A stretch of DNA of 64,000 nucleotides, taken from the NCBI RefSeq assembly GCF_036588685.1, contig NC_086382.1, positions 20,336,001-20,400,000 on the forward strand. Direction: 5' to 3'. Positions 47,925 to 60,725 of this stretch are shown here, piece by piece. This DNA is from Mytilus trossulus (Eukaryota). The position numbers were made by a program, and so were the translations under genes. A model generated the notes under the pieces. That model was given only the letters and a program-made list of their open reading frames with translations, was not told the origin of the DNA and searched no databases. The stretch's first letter is position 1, and every line of letters begins with the position of its first letter.

Positions 47925-50518
47925 GAATTTGTATTGTTTGAAAAACACTTCCGACATTCTTATGTTCTATTTCATGCATTGAAATTGATGAAATTGATAA
48001 AGCTAATAATGTTTGTCACAATATAATCATAAGCAATCGCATGCAGTATCCAAACGTCAAAAAACATATCAAATCAATGTTGGTTTTTTTAAACAAGATC
48101 GGAATCATATATTAATTCCATTCGGAATAGATGTATCAATTGTACACTCAACGATGAAATTTGTCTATAGTGCCTATCAAGATTTTGTGTAGTAGACGAA
48201 ATTGACTTTATAACGATCGTATTGATTTTTGATGTCCAAAAATAGGCAGATCGGAATATTTTGACTTCATTTACTTACTACCTAAGTTTGGGATTAATTG
48301 TAATTAACATATTCCAATGAGACTGTACAATGTTTTTTTTGTTATGATAAATAAAAATTTTACCTGCCGTAGCCGTGCGTAAATTGTATTTCGGCTTTTC
48401 TCTTAAAATGACTTTTTTAATAAACCAAAACGTCTTATTTGTAAACTTTCTCTTTTATCTCCACAAAAGGCTTTTAAAAACTAATCTATCAACTGTGTAG
48501 TCGGAAAATTTTGTGAAAATAGAAGAAGTGGCAATTCTTACCTTTCATACCTTAACTTTCTTTGAAAAAATATAATATTGAATCGTCCAGTGTCCAGTTT
48601 GAAGGTCATTTAATTACCGTACACATGCATGCAGGTTCTTATTGTCAATAGTCATGTCTGAAAATCATAAACAAGTTTGAAGGTAAACTAATAACAAGTT
48701 AATCCAATCAAATTGCCTACAAATTAATAACAATGACCAGTCCACATCATACAAAATAATAGGGGGAAACTGGATAGGGAGAAATGTCAGATATTTCAAG
48801 TTTATTATTTCAAAATAACGAATACAAATTTGTAAACCAAAAGATTTGCTATAATTCCCTAAACATGTCGTTCTGTATTGATATAGTTTTTGGATTTTTT
48901 TATTTGCGTATTTAAGGCTGTAGAAAGTTTGGGCTTCAAAAGTCTATATTATCGTTGACTTTGAACAGAAAATTCGCCTTTTTAAAACATCGAATGTTTC
49001 ACAAATAATACGCGACAACAAAGTAAAATAGTTTCTAAAAACACTGCAATTTTTTTTATACAGATTGATGCAGTGGTATTGTCATAAATTGCATTGGAGT
49101 GAACAGTGGTACAGCAAACATCGAATTCCTTTACACAATGTTATCACACACTATAACGGATTGAACACAACCATAGTACACAGGATGATCGTTATACTTT
49201 TACACCTTCTGTATATTCATTTAAATACTGGTGAAAAAAGAGAAGGATGACTTTCATTTTTCCATTCAGGAAAGTCAATTACATATAAGATTCACATTAT
49301 ATGTTATTCATGGTATTGTGAAAATTCAATTTCAGATCATTTCTCAGAAAATAAGCGAAGTGTGGAAAGACATTATATGAAAAGAAAATATACAATAACT
49401 ATAAAAGTTTACTATCCCCCATTTCGTTACAACACCATTCATGTTCAGAGGTCTATACGATTTAATGAACTTCAATATTCTTTACAAGTACATTGTGGTG
49501 AAATTTTAAAACTGTATATCGCAGAATAATAGTTAAAAAGGTAAGATATGATAATATGCAGCAATAAAAAAAAAAATAAAAAAAATCATTTAAAGAAAGA
49601 TACTTTTCAAGTTAGATAATTGGATAAATAAAGATGTAGCAGTATGAAGTTTTATATTGTTATATTGTTGTGTTACCTCTACATTCTTTACAAGTAAGTA
49701 AGTTATCAGCGAAAAATCTAAAATGTAAGAAGGTTTTAAAGAAAGCTAGTAGATTTTCAGCCCACTTAACAATAACAGATTTATCATGTACACTTTCCAG
49801 TCAAAATTATATTTCGCTCAATTGAGTTTGGGAAATACATCTTAAAAATATCATTATGATTGCAAACGTATTTCTTGAAACAATAAATAGCTACTTTAGT
49901 TACTAAGAATATCATGCATACTCATACTTATAGGAACTATGATCATGATGATGGTTTAATATTTGTTTTCTTAAACCTTCAAAATAGTAAAAATTAATCA
50001 GATAATTGAAAAATCAACATATGGCAATACTTTCGCCTTTCATTTTTCTACATGTAGGTGAGAGAACGTTCGTAAAATATTTATAAGGATTTTTTTTCAT
50101 TTTACACTTTTGTCGAGCCTGAGACGAACGTCTTGAAATTGAAGCATACTTGCCCTACATAACGCCAGTGTTATGGGTCGTCTTAGTGGTCATCGTAGTA
50201 ATCATCTAGGTTTGGTCTGTGGGTACAGATGTTTTATTCGTCAATAATATTGTCAAATGTTCAACTGAATATTTTTTTTTTATTAAACGTGAATAGAAGC
50301 TGTTTAAAAATTAAATATCTGATACTTAACATGCTATTGTGGTTTTTTTGTTGATCAGGCTTTTAAATTGTTTATACACACAAACTTACAATCTTCCTTT
50401 TTTTTAGATTACATTTAGTACATCGATGGGTGAGTGCACTTTACAGATTAAAAACATTGATTATAAATGTTCACCTCATTATCAGAAGCTTTCAAAATAA
50501 TATCAATTAGCACATACT

Positions 50519-53500
50519 AGATTTCAAGATTTCAAGATTTTATTGTACACTCTGACAGTTTACACTGTTACAAGAGGCAGATATACATAATATACAGCTT
50601 GACAGAAGTGGTATAAGATTTGTATAATAACCGAACAAAATTGAAATAAACATATATACAGGTCAATTGAATATAAGTCATCAAACACATCGTAACATAC
50701 GGTTGTTTGCCACGTGATTTAAACGATCAAAACAAATACACAATCATATCATGACATACATATATATATATATAATATGATCACTTGGATTATAACACAC
50801 AACTTGAATTAGGTAAGTACTAGACAGTTTCTTTTATCAAAAATACTTCATGATTTTTTGCAAAAATAATGCGATATTATTGAGTACTTTTATATTACAA
50901 TAGTATAGCAAACCAAATAGCTTGTCCTCTGTTGGATTAAAAAAATAATATCTTGGTATATGTATTTGTCTAATTCTTTCAATATTAGGGTTACAACATA
51001 CTAGCAGATAATGAAATTTATTTCCTATCACCCCCATGTCACATAATGTGCATATTCTGTCCTCACGAGGTATATTTAACCATCTACCGGCTTCTAAAGG
51101 GAATTTTAAATTTGAACATCGCAGTTTACTCAATTGTACTCTGCGTTGTTTATTTAGTTTTACCAAGTAACCTTCAAGACATAAATCCCTTTTAAATGCT
51201 AAATAAAGTTCCCCTCTTGAGGCACTTACAGCCATACTGTGCCATTTTTGTACAAATTGGTCTTGTAAGATTTGTTTAACATAATATTTTATACTATTTT
51301 TACCAAGAATTTCTTGGCTATCCCATACAAACGATAAACCAACATCATTCAGTATAGATTTCACATTTAATAACCATTTTGATTGCATATTTCCTGAACA
51401 ATGCATTTCATACAATAACTTATACATAATACTAGACAGTTTACAATCATTCGAAAGTAGTTTTACCCAAAAATTAAGTATACGTAATTTTACATGTATG
51501 TCTAGTGGATATTTACCTGTTTCGCCGTACACCATGAAGTTTGGCGTTGATCTACGGACAGAGAGCACCTTTTTTAGAAATTGCAAGTGCACAGTTTCCA
51601 ATATGTCTAATTTTTCATATCCCTAAATTTCACTCCCGTATAAAAGTATAGGATCAATTAAAGAATCAAATAGCTTAAGCTGTAGATCTACTGGAATAGA
51701 TATATTTCTAATCTTTCTATATAGAGCATAAAGTGCTTTCTGTCCTTGTTCTGCTAACTTCTTTTTTGTTATAACAAATTTCCCGTTTTGATTTAAAAGC
51801 AAACCAAGATACAGGTACGACTCCACCCTTTCAATAATTGAACCATATAGTTTAAAATTATCAAGCATAGTGTACTTTCTTTTGGAGAATACCATTACTT
51901 TAGTTTTTTCAACATTTACTGACAGTTTCCATATATTACAATATTGTTCGAATACATCTAAACACTTTTGCAAAGCTGCTTCTGATTCAGCTAAAATGAT
52001 TGTATCATCAGCATACAATAGTATAAATAACAACAAAAACGTATTCAAGTGTTCAAGAGCTTTTTGTGATACGGGTTTGGAGTCCAGATATACCATTTTC
52101 ACTGAAAAAAGTCTCAAGGTCCGAGAGAAATACAGAAAATAAGAAAGGGGATAAATTTTCCCCTTGACGAACACCAACTTCACAAGGAAAAAATCCTGAT
52201 AACTCACCCCCCTTTTGATACAAGACTTGATATTGCCATACATATTATAAATAACTTTAAATATCTTTCCCGTGATATTACAATTTATAATTTTTTTCCA
52301 AAGCCCCACCCTCCAAACAGTATCAAAAGCTTTCTTGAAATCTACAAAAGTACAGAAAAGTTTCTTATCATTATAAAAGTATAATTCTATCAAAACATGT
52401 AGTATAAATATATTGTCATTTGTACTATATCCTTTTCTAAATCCGGCTTGTGCCTTTGGTATAGTTTCTATTAGTTCAGCATACTTTGTCAACCTACTAT
52501 TAAGTACTGCTGTAAAAAGTTTACCAAGTGAGGACACTAATGTAATGCCTCTATACGAATCTGGGTTGTTCAGATCGCCCTTGATTTTGTATATAGCAAT
52601 AATTATTCCAACCGTCCAGATTTGAGGAACTACACCAGTATTCAAAATCATATTAAAAATCTCTCTATAAATAGGCAAAGTAGCATTAATGGTTGATTTA
52701 ATATACTCATTAATGACCTTATCAAACCCAGGGGCCTTGCTGTTTTTTTAAATTTTTCACAGCATTCAAAATTTCTTCGTTTGAAACTTCACCATTGAGT
52801 ATATTATTTAAGTTATCGAGATCAATTTCATCTCTTTTTGAAGTAGATTTATTCAAATTATTTAAAATATTCCAGAGCTCTCGTGGTTCACCATCAGATG
52901 CACTGCGCAAGTCTTTCTCTGCCTTAAACTGGAAGTCATTAAAAGCCTTGCTCATTGCGATCTTATAAGCCTTAGCGTGATACTTCAAATCAGCTCGGGA
53001 ATCGTCTGTTTTAGAGAGATTATAATTTCTCTTTGACTTGTGAAATTCAGATCTCTTTTGATGACAAATTTTATCAAACCAGGGTTGAAACACCTTGTTT
53101 TGCCTATTCGACTGGTTATTTCGAACTACCTTATCACCAAAACAATTATGCGCTGAATCAATAAATTTGCTTTAAAAAAAATCTACAAAATTGTCAATAT
53201 CTAATTGAAACGTGTCACTTTCAACATTTAATGTGACAAGTTTTTTGAACAAATCTTCAGTCGAAATTTTGTCCTCAACCATGTTAACAAACTGATCTTT
53301 CATCTCATTGTTCCACCGGACAGGTATATTTACCGTGTTCGGAGTAGAATCATTGTTATGCAAATCAGTAGTAACACCTGTTGAAAATATAACATGTAAC
53401 CTGCAATGAACATCTGAGTATAATGGGTCAAAGTCAATGACCTCGAATTCCGACAAAAGTGGAAATAGATCTGGCGATACAATACAATAATCAATAAGAC

Positions 53501-53570
53501 TCGTCTGACTACTCGTAACACGACCAACCCCCTTATCTGAACCCACTCGTCCATTGCAAATAAACATGTT
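50519..53570 (-). mobile_element. CR1/L2-group LINE, 5'-truncated and frameshifted ORF2 (endonuclease end, RT, C-terminal Cys/His region), with 3' UTR and tail
   Basis: Motifs 'ICNGRVGSD...SLIDY', 'YRGITL', 'QAGFRKG', 'FVDFKKAFDTV', 'LLYADD' and 'GRW.NIPREDRICTLC'. The 3' end is AATAAA plus (ATCTTGAA)n at 50544-50519. Confidence 0.93.
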
Positions 53571-56500
53571 TCCAATTTTGATGTTGCGTGATTGCTGCTC
53601 TGATTTATTTCCCAATGCTACGCATAAATCGCTCGCACTCTGAATTGCTCTGAGGCCATAATGGTGTTATTTTTCTATGCGTAAATCCCATATATGTCGC
53701 AAAGTCTTTGAATTTTTTTCCTTGCCACGGGCTTCCATTATCCGTTTTTACTATATTCGGTATTCCAAATGTTGAAAATACTTTGTCAAGTAGCGGTATA
53801 ACCGCTTTTGCAGAAATTGTTGTTAGTGTTTCTACAACTGGATATCGGTAATACTCATCCATTATCACCATGAGATAATGTCCACTCGGAAATGGTCAGA
53901 AGAAATCCATGCTAAGATATGTCTATGGTGCATCTGGTAGTTCTGACATAGCTAACGGTTCAAACGTTTTCTTTGGCGCGGCTGCTAGACATGGAAATAA
54001 TTAATACAAGCTTTACATGTATCTTCTACACGTTTGTCTTTACCAGGAAAATAAACTTTTTCCCTTAGTAACTGTTTTGTTTGCACAATTCCCTGATGAC
54101 CTTCATGTGCCAATGTTATAACTCGGTCTGTAAGTTTGTGCGGAATGACAATCCTATTATCATGCATCAATATTTCTCCTTTGTCTGTGTTCACTGTCGT
54201 TAATTCGTTCTTTAAATGAGCAAACGTATCAAGAGATTTATTGTCAAATGAATTTTCCCAGTTTCCCGATTTCACGGCTTTGATAACATACTGAATATTC
54301 ATTTTTGGACTTTGGACTCTAATGCAATTTCTTCAAATGTCAGTGCTTTCGGAATTGCGTTCTCTGATATATAATTCACTAATTTTCTGCTACCTCGGAA
54401 TGATCAGTTCGATTTGCTTCGTTAATATTCGGATGTCTTGACATGTAGTCTGCGGCATATGATTTTCCTGATTTGTACTTTACATCGAAATCATACGTTT
54501 GCAGTCTTAATCTCCATCTTTGAATTCTCGTTGGCGGTTTCGGTTTTGGATTGTTGCAAATACATTTCAGTGGTTGATGATCGGTAACGAGTGTAAATTT
54601 GTGTCCGTACAGGTAAAGATGAAAGTGTTCTATAGCCCATACTATGGCTAGTCCTTCTCGCTCTGTCTGGCTGTATCGTTTTTCTACATCACTAAGCGCA
54701 CGGCTTGCGTATGCGTTATTTTTGCCATCCTGAGTAAGTCACGCGCCATCACCTACTGGACTTGCATCAGCTATAAGAACAGTGGCCTTTCTTGAATCAA
54801 AATAAGTCATTATCCTCTTGTTCATTAATTCCTTTTTAAGTGCCTAAAACGATTGTTGTTGTTCTGAAGTCCATGTCCATGTCACTCCTTGCTTAGTTAA
54901 GAGTCTTAATGGTTCGGTTATTGTAGAATATTCTGGTATAAATCTTCCAACGTAGTTAGTCATGGCCAAAAAGCTACGTACTTCCGATATGTCACTCGGT
55001 ATATTGGTGTTACGAATTGCTTCATCTTTTCTCGGATCTGCTGATATTCCTTTTGAACTGAATGTATGTCCAAAAATTTCCAAGCTGTCTTTATTAAATT
55101 CGCATTTCTTTTTGTTAAGTGTTAAACCTTTTTCGTTTATACGTTGAAATAAGGCTGTCAGTCGTGTATCATGTTCGTCTTGAGATGCTCCAAACACAAT
55201 GATATCATCGGAGATATTTCTCACGCCGCCAAGACCTTCTAATGCTGTACTTAGCGTATTTTGGAATATTTCAGCAGCAGACTTGACTCTAAAGCTTAGA
55301 CGTTTGTATCTTCTTAGTCCAACATGTGTTGTGAAAGTAGTAATATTTCGTGACTCTTGTGTAAGTTCTAACTGATGATACCCGTTTAAAAGGTCCATTT
55401 TGGAAAATACCTTAGCTCCATTAAGGTCAACTATTAGATCATCAATAGTTGGAGTTATGTGTTTCTCACGTTGTATAGCCTGGTTTGGTAGTCTCATATC
55501 TACGCATTATCCTCTTTCACCTGGACTTTTAGGTTTGGGTGCTACAACTATAGGTGAAACCCAGGGAGTTGGTCCATGTACCCTTTCTATAATGTCTAAC
55601 TGCTCTAACCTTTCAAGTTCGGTTTCTACATGTTTCCTTACATGAAAAGGTATCCTTTTATGTGGCTGAACTATAGGTTTTACTGTTTTGTCAACATGAA
55701 TTTACACTTGTGTTTAAGTTTGCCCAGTCCATGAAATATATCTTTGTATTGTTCACACAATAGTTCGTGTTTGTTCCCTGTTGAGAGTCTCGATATTTGC
55801 GGGATTAACTGTAGTTCTAATGACGTATCATAACACATTAAATTACCGCTTGTCCCTTTAGAAACATAAACAGTTGCATTTGTCAGTTTATCTCTCGTTT
55901 CAATTACAGTGTCAAACTTTCCCACGAATTCTAAATTTTGATGAGATCCATATGCATACTTTGGTCTTTGTATCTATCAGTTTGGGTTTTCTCTTCATCC
56001 TGTTGTATGTATCCTCATCAATTACATTGATACTTGAGCCAGTGTCGATAAAAACTTTGATGTCTGATTCATTGATTTTGACACAAAATCTTGGATGATC
56101 ACGTTTGATAGAGGTCACGGTTCCTTTTAGCGGTTCTGTCTGTAGTCCGAAAACATATTCATCATCTGAACTACTATCTATCTTTGATTGACATTCGAAA
56201 TTGGTTTCAAAATCTGAATTCTCTAGCGTATTAACAGATCGTTTAGTATGAGCATTTTTTTTTGACCAACACATCTTCTCAAAGTGGTTAAGCTTCTTAC
56301 AAAAGTTGCAGGATTTTCCTTGAGCAGGACATTTCCCTCGGTGTGGAAATTCACCTCCACAATACCTACATTTGTTGTTTCGATTCACACGTTGTTCAGG
56401 ACGCTTATCTTGTTGTAAATATCTTGATTGATTTTTCCGAAAATTACTCTTCTTGTGTAAAGTGTTGGTCTCAAGTTTCTCTTCTTTGTTCTCGATTTCG

Positions 56501-57079
56501 TTTGCTTGTTTTTCACATAATTCTAGGGCTCTTGCTGACGATAATAATTTTTCCAAAGTCATATCTTCTCTTAAAGCTTTTCTTCTCAGTCTTTAAGATG
56601 AACATCCTTGAACGATTTGAGATTTTACTTCCCGATTGTCATCATTAAATTCACAGTTGACGGATAATTATCTTAACTTCGTATGAAACGCATCCATTGT
56701 TTCATTTGTTTTTTGCTTTGCCATGTTTGCCTGACGGAATTTATATATTTCGTATTCAACGTTTTTCTTCGGTGCAAAATATTCGGTAAGCTTCGTAAGT
56801 GCTGTATCGTAATCCTCTCCAGTTTCTTGTAAGGTATCAAAAATGTCATTTACTTCTGCCCCTGCGTAATGCAAAAGTAACGCTCTTTGTCTCACTTTAT
56901 CCTTTATATTCATTCCAACAAGTAAATTTTGAAGTTGTTTTATCCATTTTTTCCAGCGCTGATCAGCTGCACTTTCATGTTCACTGAAAGGTGGAAACAC
57001 AGGTAGTGCCGATGCCATTATTGAACTAATCAATACTATTAATCCAATTGTTCATTTGTAAATCAAATTTGTCTCGTCG
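53570..57079 (-). mobile_element. Ty3/gypsy LTR-retrotransposon internal region (gag-PR-RT-RNaseH-IN), disrupted, with no LTR visible
   Basis: Gag with Cys/His knuckles (CRYCGGEFPHRGKC, CNFCKKLNHFEKMC); protease IDTGS; RT 'KMDLLNGYHQL...NISDDII'; RNase H 'ADASPVG...EREGLAIVWAIEHFHLYL'; integrase 'AHEGHQGI', 'TDNGS', 'SECERF'. A PBS-like remnant 'cgacgag' lies at 57079-57073. Confidence 0.93.
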
Positions 57080-57267
57080 AGATAATAAAGTCGTCTGGAC
57101 AGTTTCATAGTTTTAATAAAACTGATAAACTAATGCAAATTACACACATGATAAGACGCGATTATAACGGTCTGCATCTGTTAAAGTAATTAAGTTATGT
57201 AGTGACCTTAGATAAACATGCAATTTCAATACATTACATATTTTAACAAAATCAGATTCATGATATG

Positions 57268-58352
57268 TAAGGGGACAGTCATTTGATTCTGAGGTAGGGG
57301 CCTGACAGATTTTAGAAATAGATATTCTGGTCTCTATTTAGATGAAAATATATAGTCATATCACACAAGAAAAATAAATATTCTGGCCCCAATAGATGTT
57401 TGTAATCATTTACAAAGGTATCCAATATTAGAAGAAAATCCGGAAAGAATATCATCAGTTGTTGTTTTCAGGGATATGCAGTGAACGTGCACGCTCGCTA
57501 GAAGACTCCTCTTTTCGTAGACCCTCCATCGATTGTAAGAGTATTATGTTTTTTATATAAATAGAATACACATGGCCAAAAGTATTCGCCACCTGCATTT
57601 CTTTGTCATATATTTCATAAAAATATTTTTTTCAAAAAAATATATTTTGAAGGCATTTATGGTTGAATTTTTATAAACAAGGCGTTAAAAGATGTAAAAT
57701 TGTCTTAAGAATATTTGTTTATTTGGTCATAGTTTTGTCTTCAGTTGTTTTAGTTTTCTGTTGATGTGAACACGGATAATAAAATTTTACAAATTAATTT
57801 GGTTGTAATATATAGCAAATTTCTGAACAGAAAATAATATTTGTGTTTATCTTGTGAGAAAATGAAAAAGATCCACATCAAAAATACAACCGAATAAACA
57901 AATAATCCTGTGACAAATCTGCTTCTATTGGTACCAAGTTGCTTAAAATCAAACCAGAAATGACAACAAAATATTTTTTTGAAAACATGTAGTTTTGTAT
58001 GAAATATATAGTGAAAATCTCAAGTGACGAATACTTAAGACCACACTCTGTATAGACTTCATTTTGACTGCTCAACATTGTAATTGGTTGAAGCTGTATG
58101 TGTATCCTATAAAAAGGTGATATGTATAACGAAAGATAAATTACTTTACGGGGTGAAAAGTTGATGCTATCGGGTAGCGAAGAGGGACAGATTTGGAGTC
58201 AATTTGGGGTTGATCTTAAAATAAATAATGTGGCCCAGGAGGAAAGAACATAAATAATCTGGCCGACTTTATGTTTGAAATAAATATTCTGACCTCATCA
58301 AATTTGCTAGATCTCCCTCCCAGGCTCCCTCAAAAATAGATTGAGTCCGCTA
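57268..58352. mobile_element. Degenerate DNA-transposon remnants (Harbinger-like MITE end at 57268; Tc1-like end 'tacacatggccaaaagtattcgccacc' at ~57567)
   Basis: Terminus-like motifs and repeated 'aatattctg' subterminal words; boundaries are uncertain. Confidence 0.3.
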
Positions 58353-60545
58353 ACAGACTGCTGCTTAGCCCTCTTGATGACGCTTATTTAATGTGGTTAC
58401 ATTTGGTATCTGGTGTACTTTTAGTTTCATATTTAAGTTTCATAACAGTTTGACTTTTGTCTTTATTTCTACTGACTTTGTCTATACTGAAAAATATAGG
58501 CACATATTCAATGTCAATAGTGATTTAAAATTATACTAATGTCTTACGTTTTAGAGTTCAATATCAAAAGTTTATGAATATAATTTACCTGATAAAAATA
58601 ATGAGATAACTTTTGTTGATCTTTGTTTGGTCTGTGAAATCATAATTTACCTGTCAAGTATTTTAATAGATAACCATGATAACGTTTGTTTGATAAATGG
58701 CATACTTGAATGCTTCTTCAAAGTACAGTTATCAATTATACACACAAAATGCAGTTAAGATTAGCTGTTTACGTTTCCATGTTTCATTTTTAACAAAGGT
58801 GTTTTTATTTAAAAAATTGAAAAAAGTATTGCATGCCGCAGGCAATTTTCTTTAAACCCGTTTCATTAACACCCGTTGTACTCACTGGAGAGAAGATCTG
58901 TTTCAAGTTTATATATCTTTCCGCTCAGTCACGAAGTTGGTCCGGATACGACGTTGGAAGACGGTGGTCAAATGTGTTGGAAGGCTATCGCGTCATACAT
59001 TTTTAAAATATAATAATCACTGATAATAAAAATATAGATAATTCGTTAAACATTTAAATATGCAGAAATGTGGTTTAGAAATAACAATTTAATAAGTTTA
59101 ATGATCATAATCTTTATTGTCATATAAACAAATAAAAAAAAACATGTTTGTGAATAAGTATGGCAATCGACGATATTGCATGTTACCTTTAATAATCGCT
59201 TGAGAAGATACTTTATTTATATATTTTTCTTTTTCCATAGATTTTTCCCACTTTGTTTTTTTCGCACTTGTGTCATATATAACAATAATAGTAATATAAC
59301 TACAACCGAAACATTAACATGATTAAAATATAAGGACAAAATTGAAAGAAAAAAATACAAACGAAATGAAAATAGAAAACTGTGTAGCACACAAACTTAT
59401 AAACAACAGCTGACATGATGAATCATACGATAGTTTATATTATTTTTACATCAAAGGGGACTATAATTATTTTGTAAGCTATGAGTGGGGGAATGGAGGA
59501 ATTTTCACCTAAATTATGATAACAAAATTAACAAAATTATCCAACCCCTCACAAAAGATGCTTATTTTTAGAATGGCTGAGTATGCGCATACGATGTCTA
59601 GACCTTAATCATATGTTTATGACTGATTTCCTGTGTGATGAAGGCAATGACACATTATATCAAGGTAATGTATATATCTAATTAGGTACATTATAACATG
59701 TTATAATATGCAAAAGTATGTATAAATAGTTTCAAAGATATTTAACATTTTTTTTATTTGAGTTTATTATATATTTTCCGTGTTCAACATCATAGTAAAA
59801 CGTGTTTGAGCTAAAAAAGAAATTGTAGTGCAGTCATGTTACAAATACTGCGCGAGATAATCTGGAACTTATATATACTTATATTCACACCAAGGTGTCG
59901 TTAAATGAAATTGGAAACCATGCATTTATCATGCATTTTAATAACATACGGTCAAATCGCTGAAAGACCCCCTCCTGAATTATTGAAATCGAGCATTCTG
60001 CATTGACAATACTATTTTTGTGTAAATTAGATACACCCGTTGATAATTTATGTTCTAATTCGTAACCTCAACCGAACATAAAGCATTTATCAATATAATA
60101 CAAAACTCTCAATTGGGAGTAGCCACTTGCAAAAGTCAAGTGCATTTTATTCAGATAGTAAATACACGTAATTCATTTAATACCAATGAGTATTGTGATA
60201 AATTAATTGTCTGTCTCTGACTAGCACATCAATGTTTGCGACCCATCCTGGACTATCAACCTGTAAATAAATAAATTTTTAAAATTATTTATTTAGAAAA
60301 ACGCCTCTGGAACACTTGACTGTAATGACTCGAATGACTTGAACTACCTTAAAACCACCCGTGCATGAAATGTTACCCGCATTCCTTATATATCCAATCA
60401 AACAGACCTATCTATAAATAGCATACACACGTGTACCTTACCAAACAAAACAAACTTGCATCGATATATGTACAACTTTGATAAATATAATTACCTTTTA
60501 TAAGATCTCTAAACACAATTAACCTTAAAAAATCAGTTAGATTTT

Positions 60546-60725
60546 TAATTTACCTTTAAAAGTAATTAGATAAGTACACGTTTGTTTTGCCTTTTAATTA
60601 AATTTACCTTTAATATTAGATAAGCAAACGTTTGTGTTGCCAATTGATTAAATTTACCTTTAAAATTCATGACATCATATAAGTAAACGTTTGTTTGGCA
60701 TAACAAAATAATTTACCTTTTAATT
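60546..60725. repeat. Diverged minisatellite, ~50-60-bp unit, 3-4 copies
   Basis: 'aatttacctttaa...ataag.a.acgtttgt' is repeated. Confidence 0.75.
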
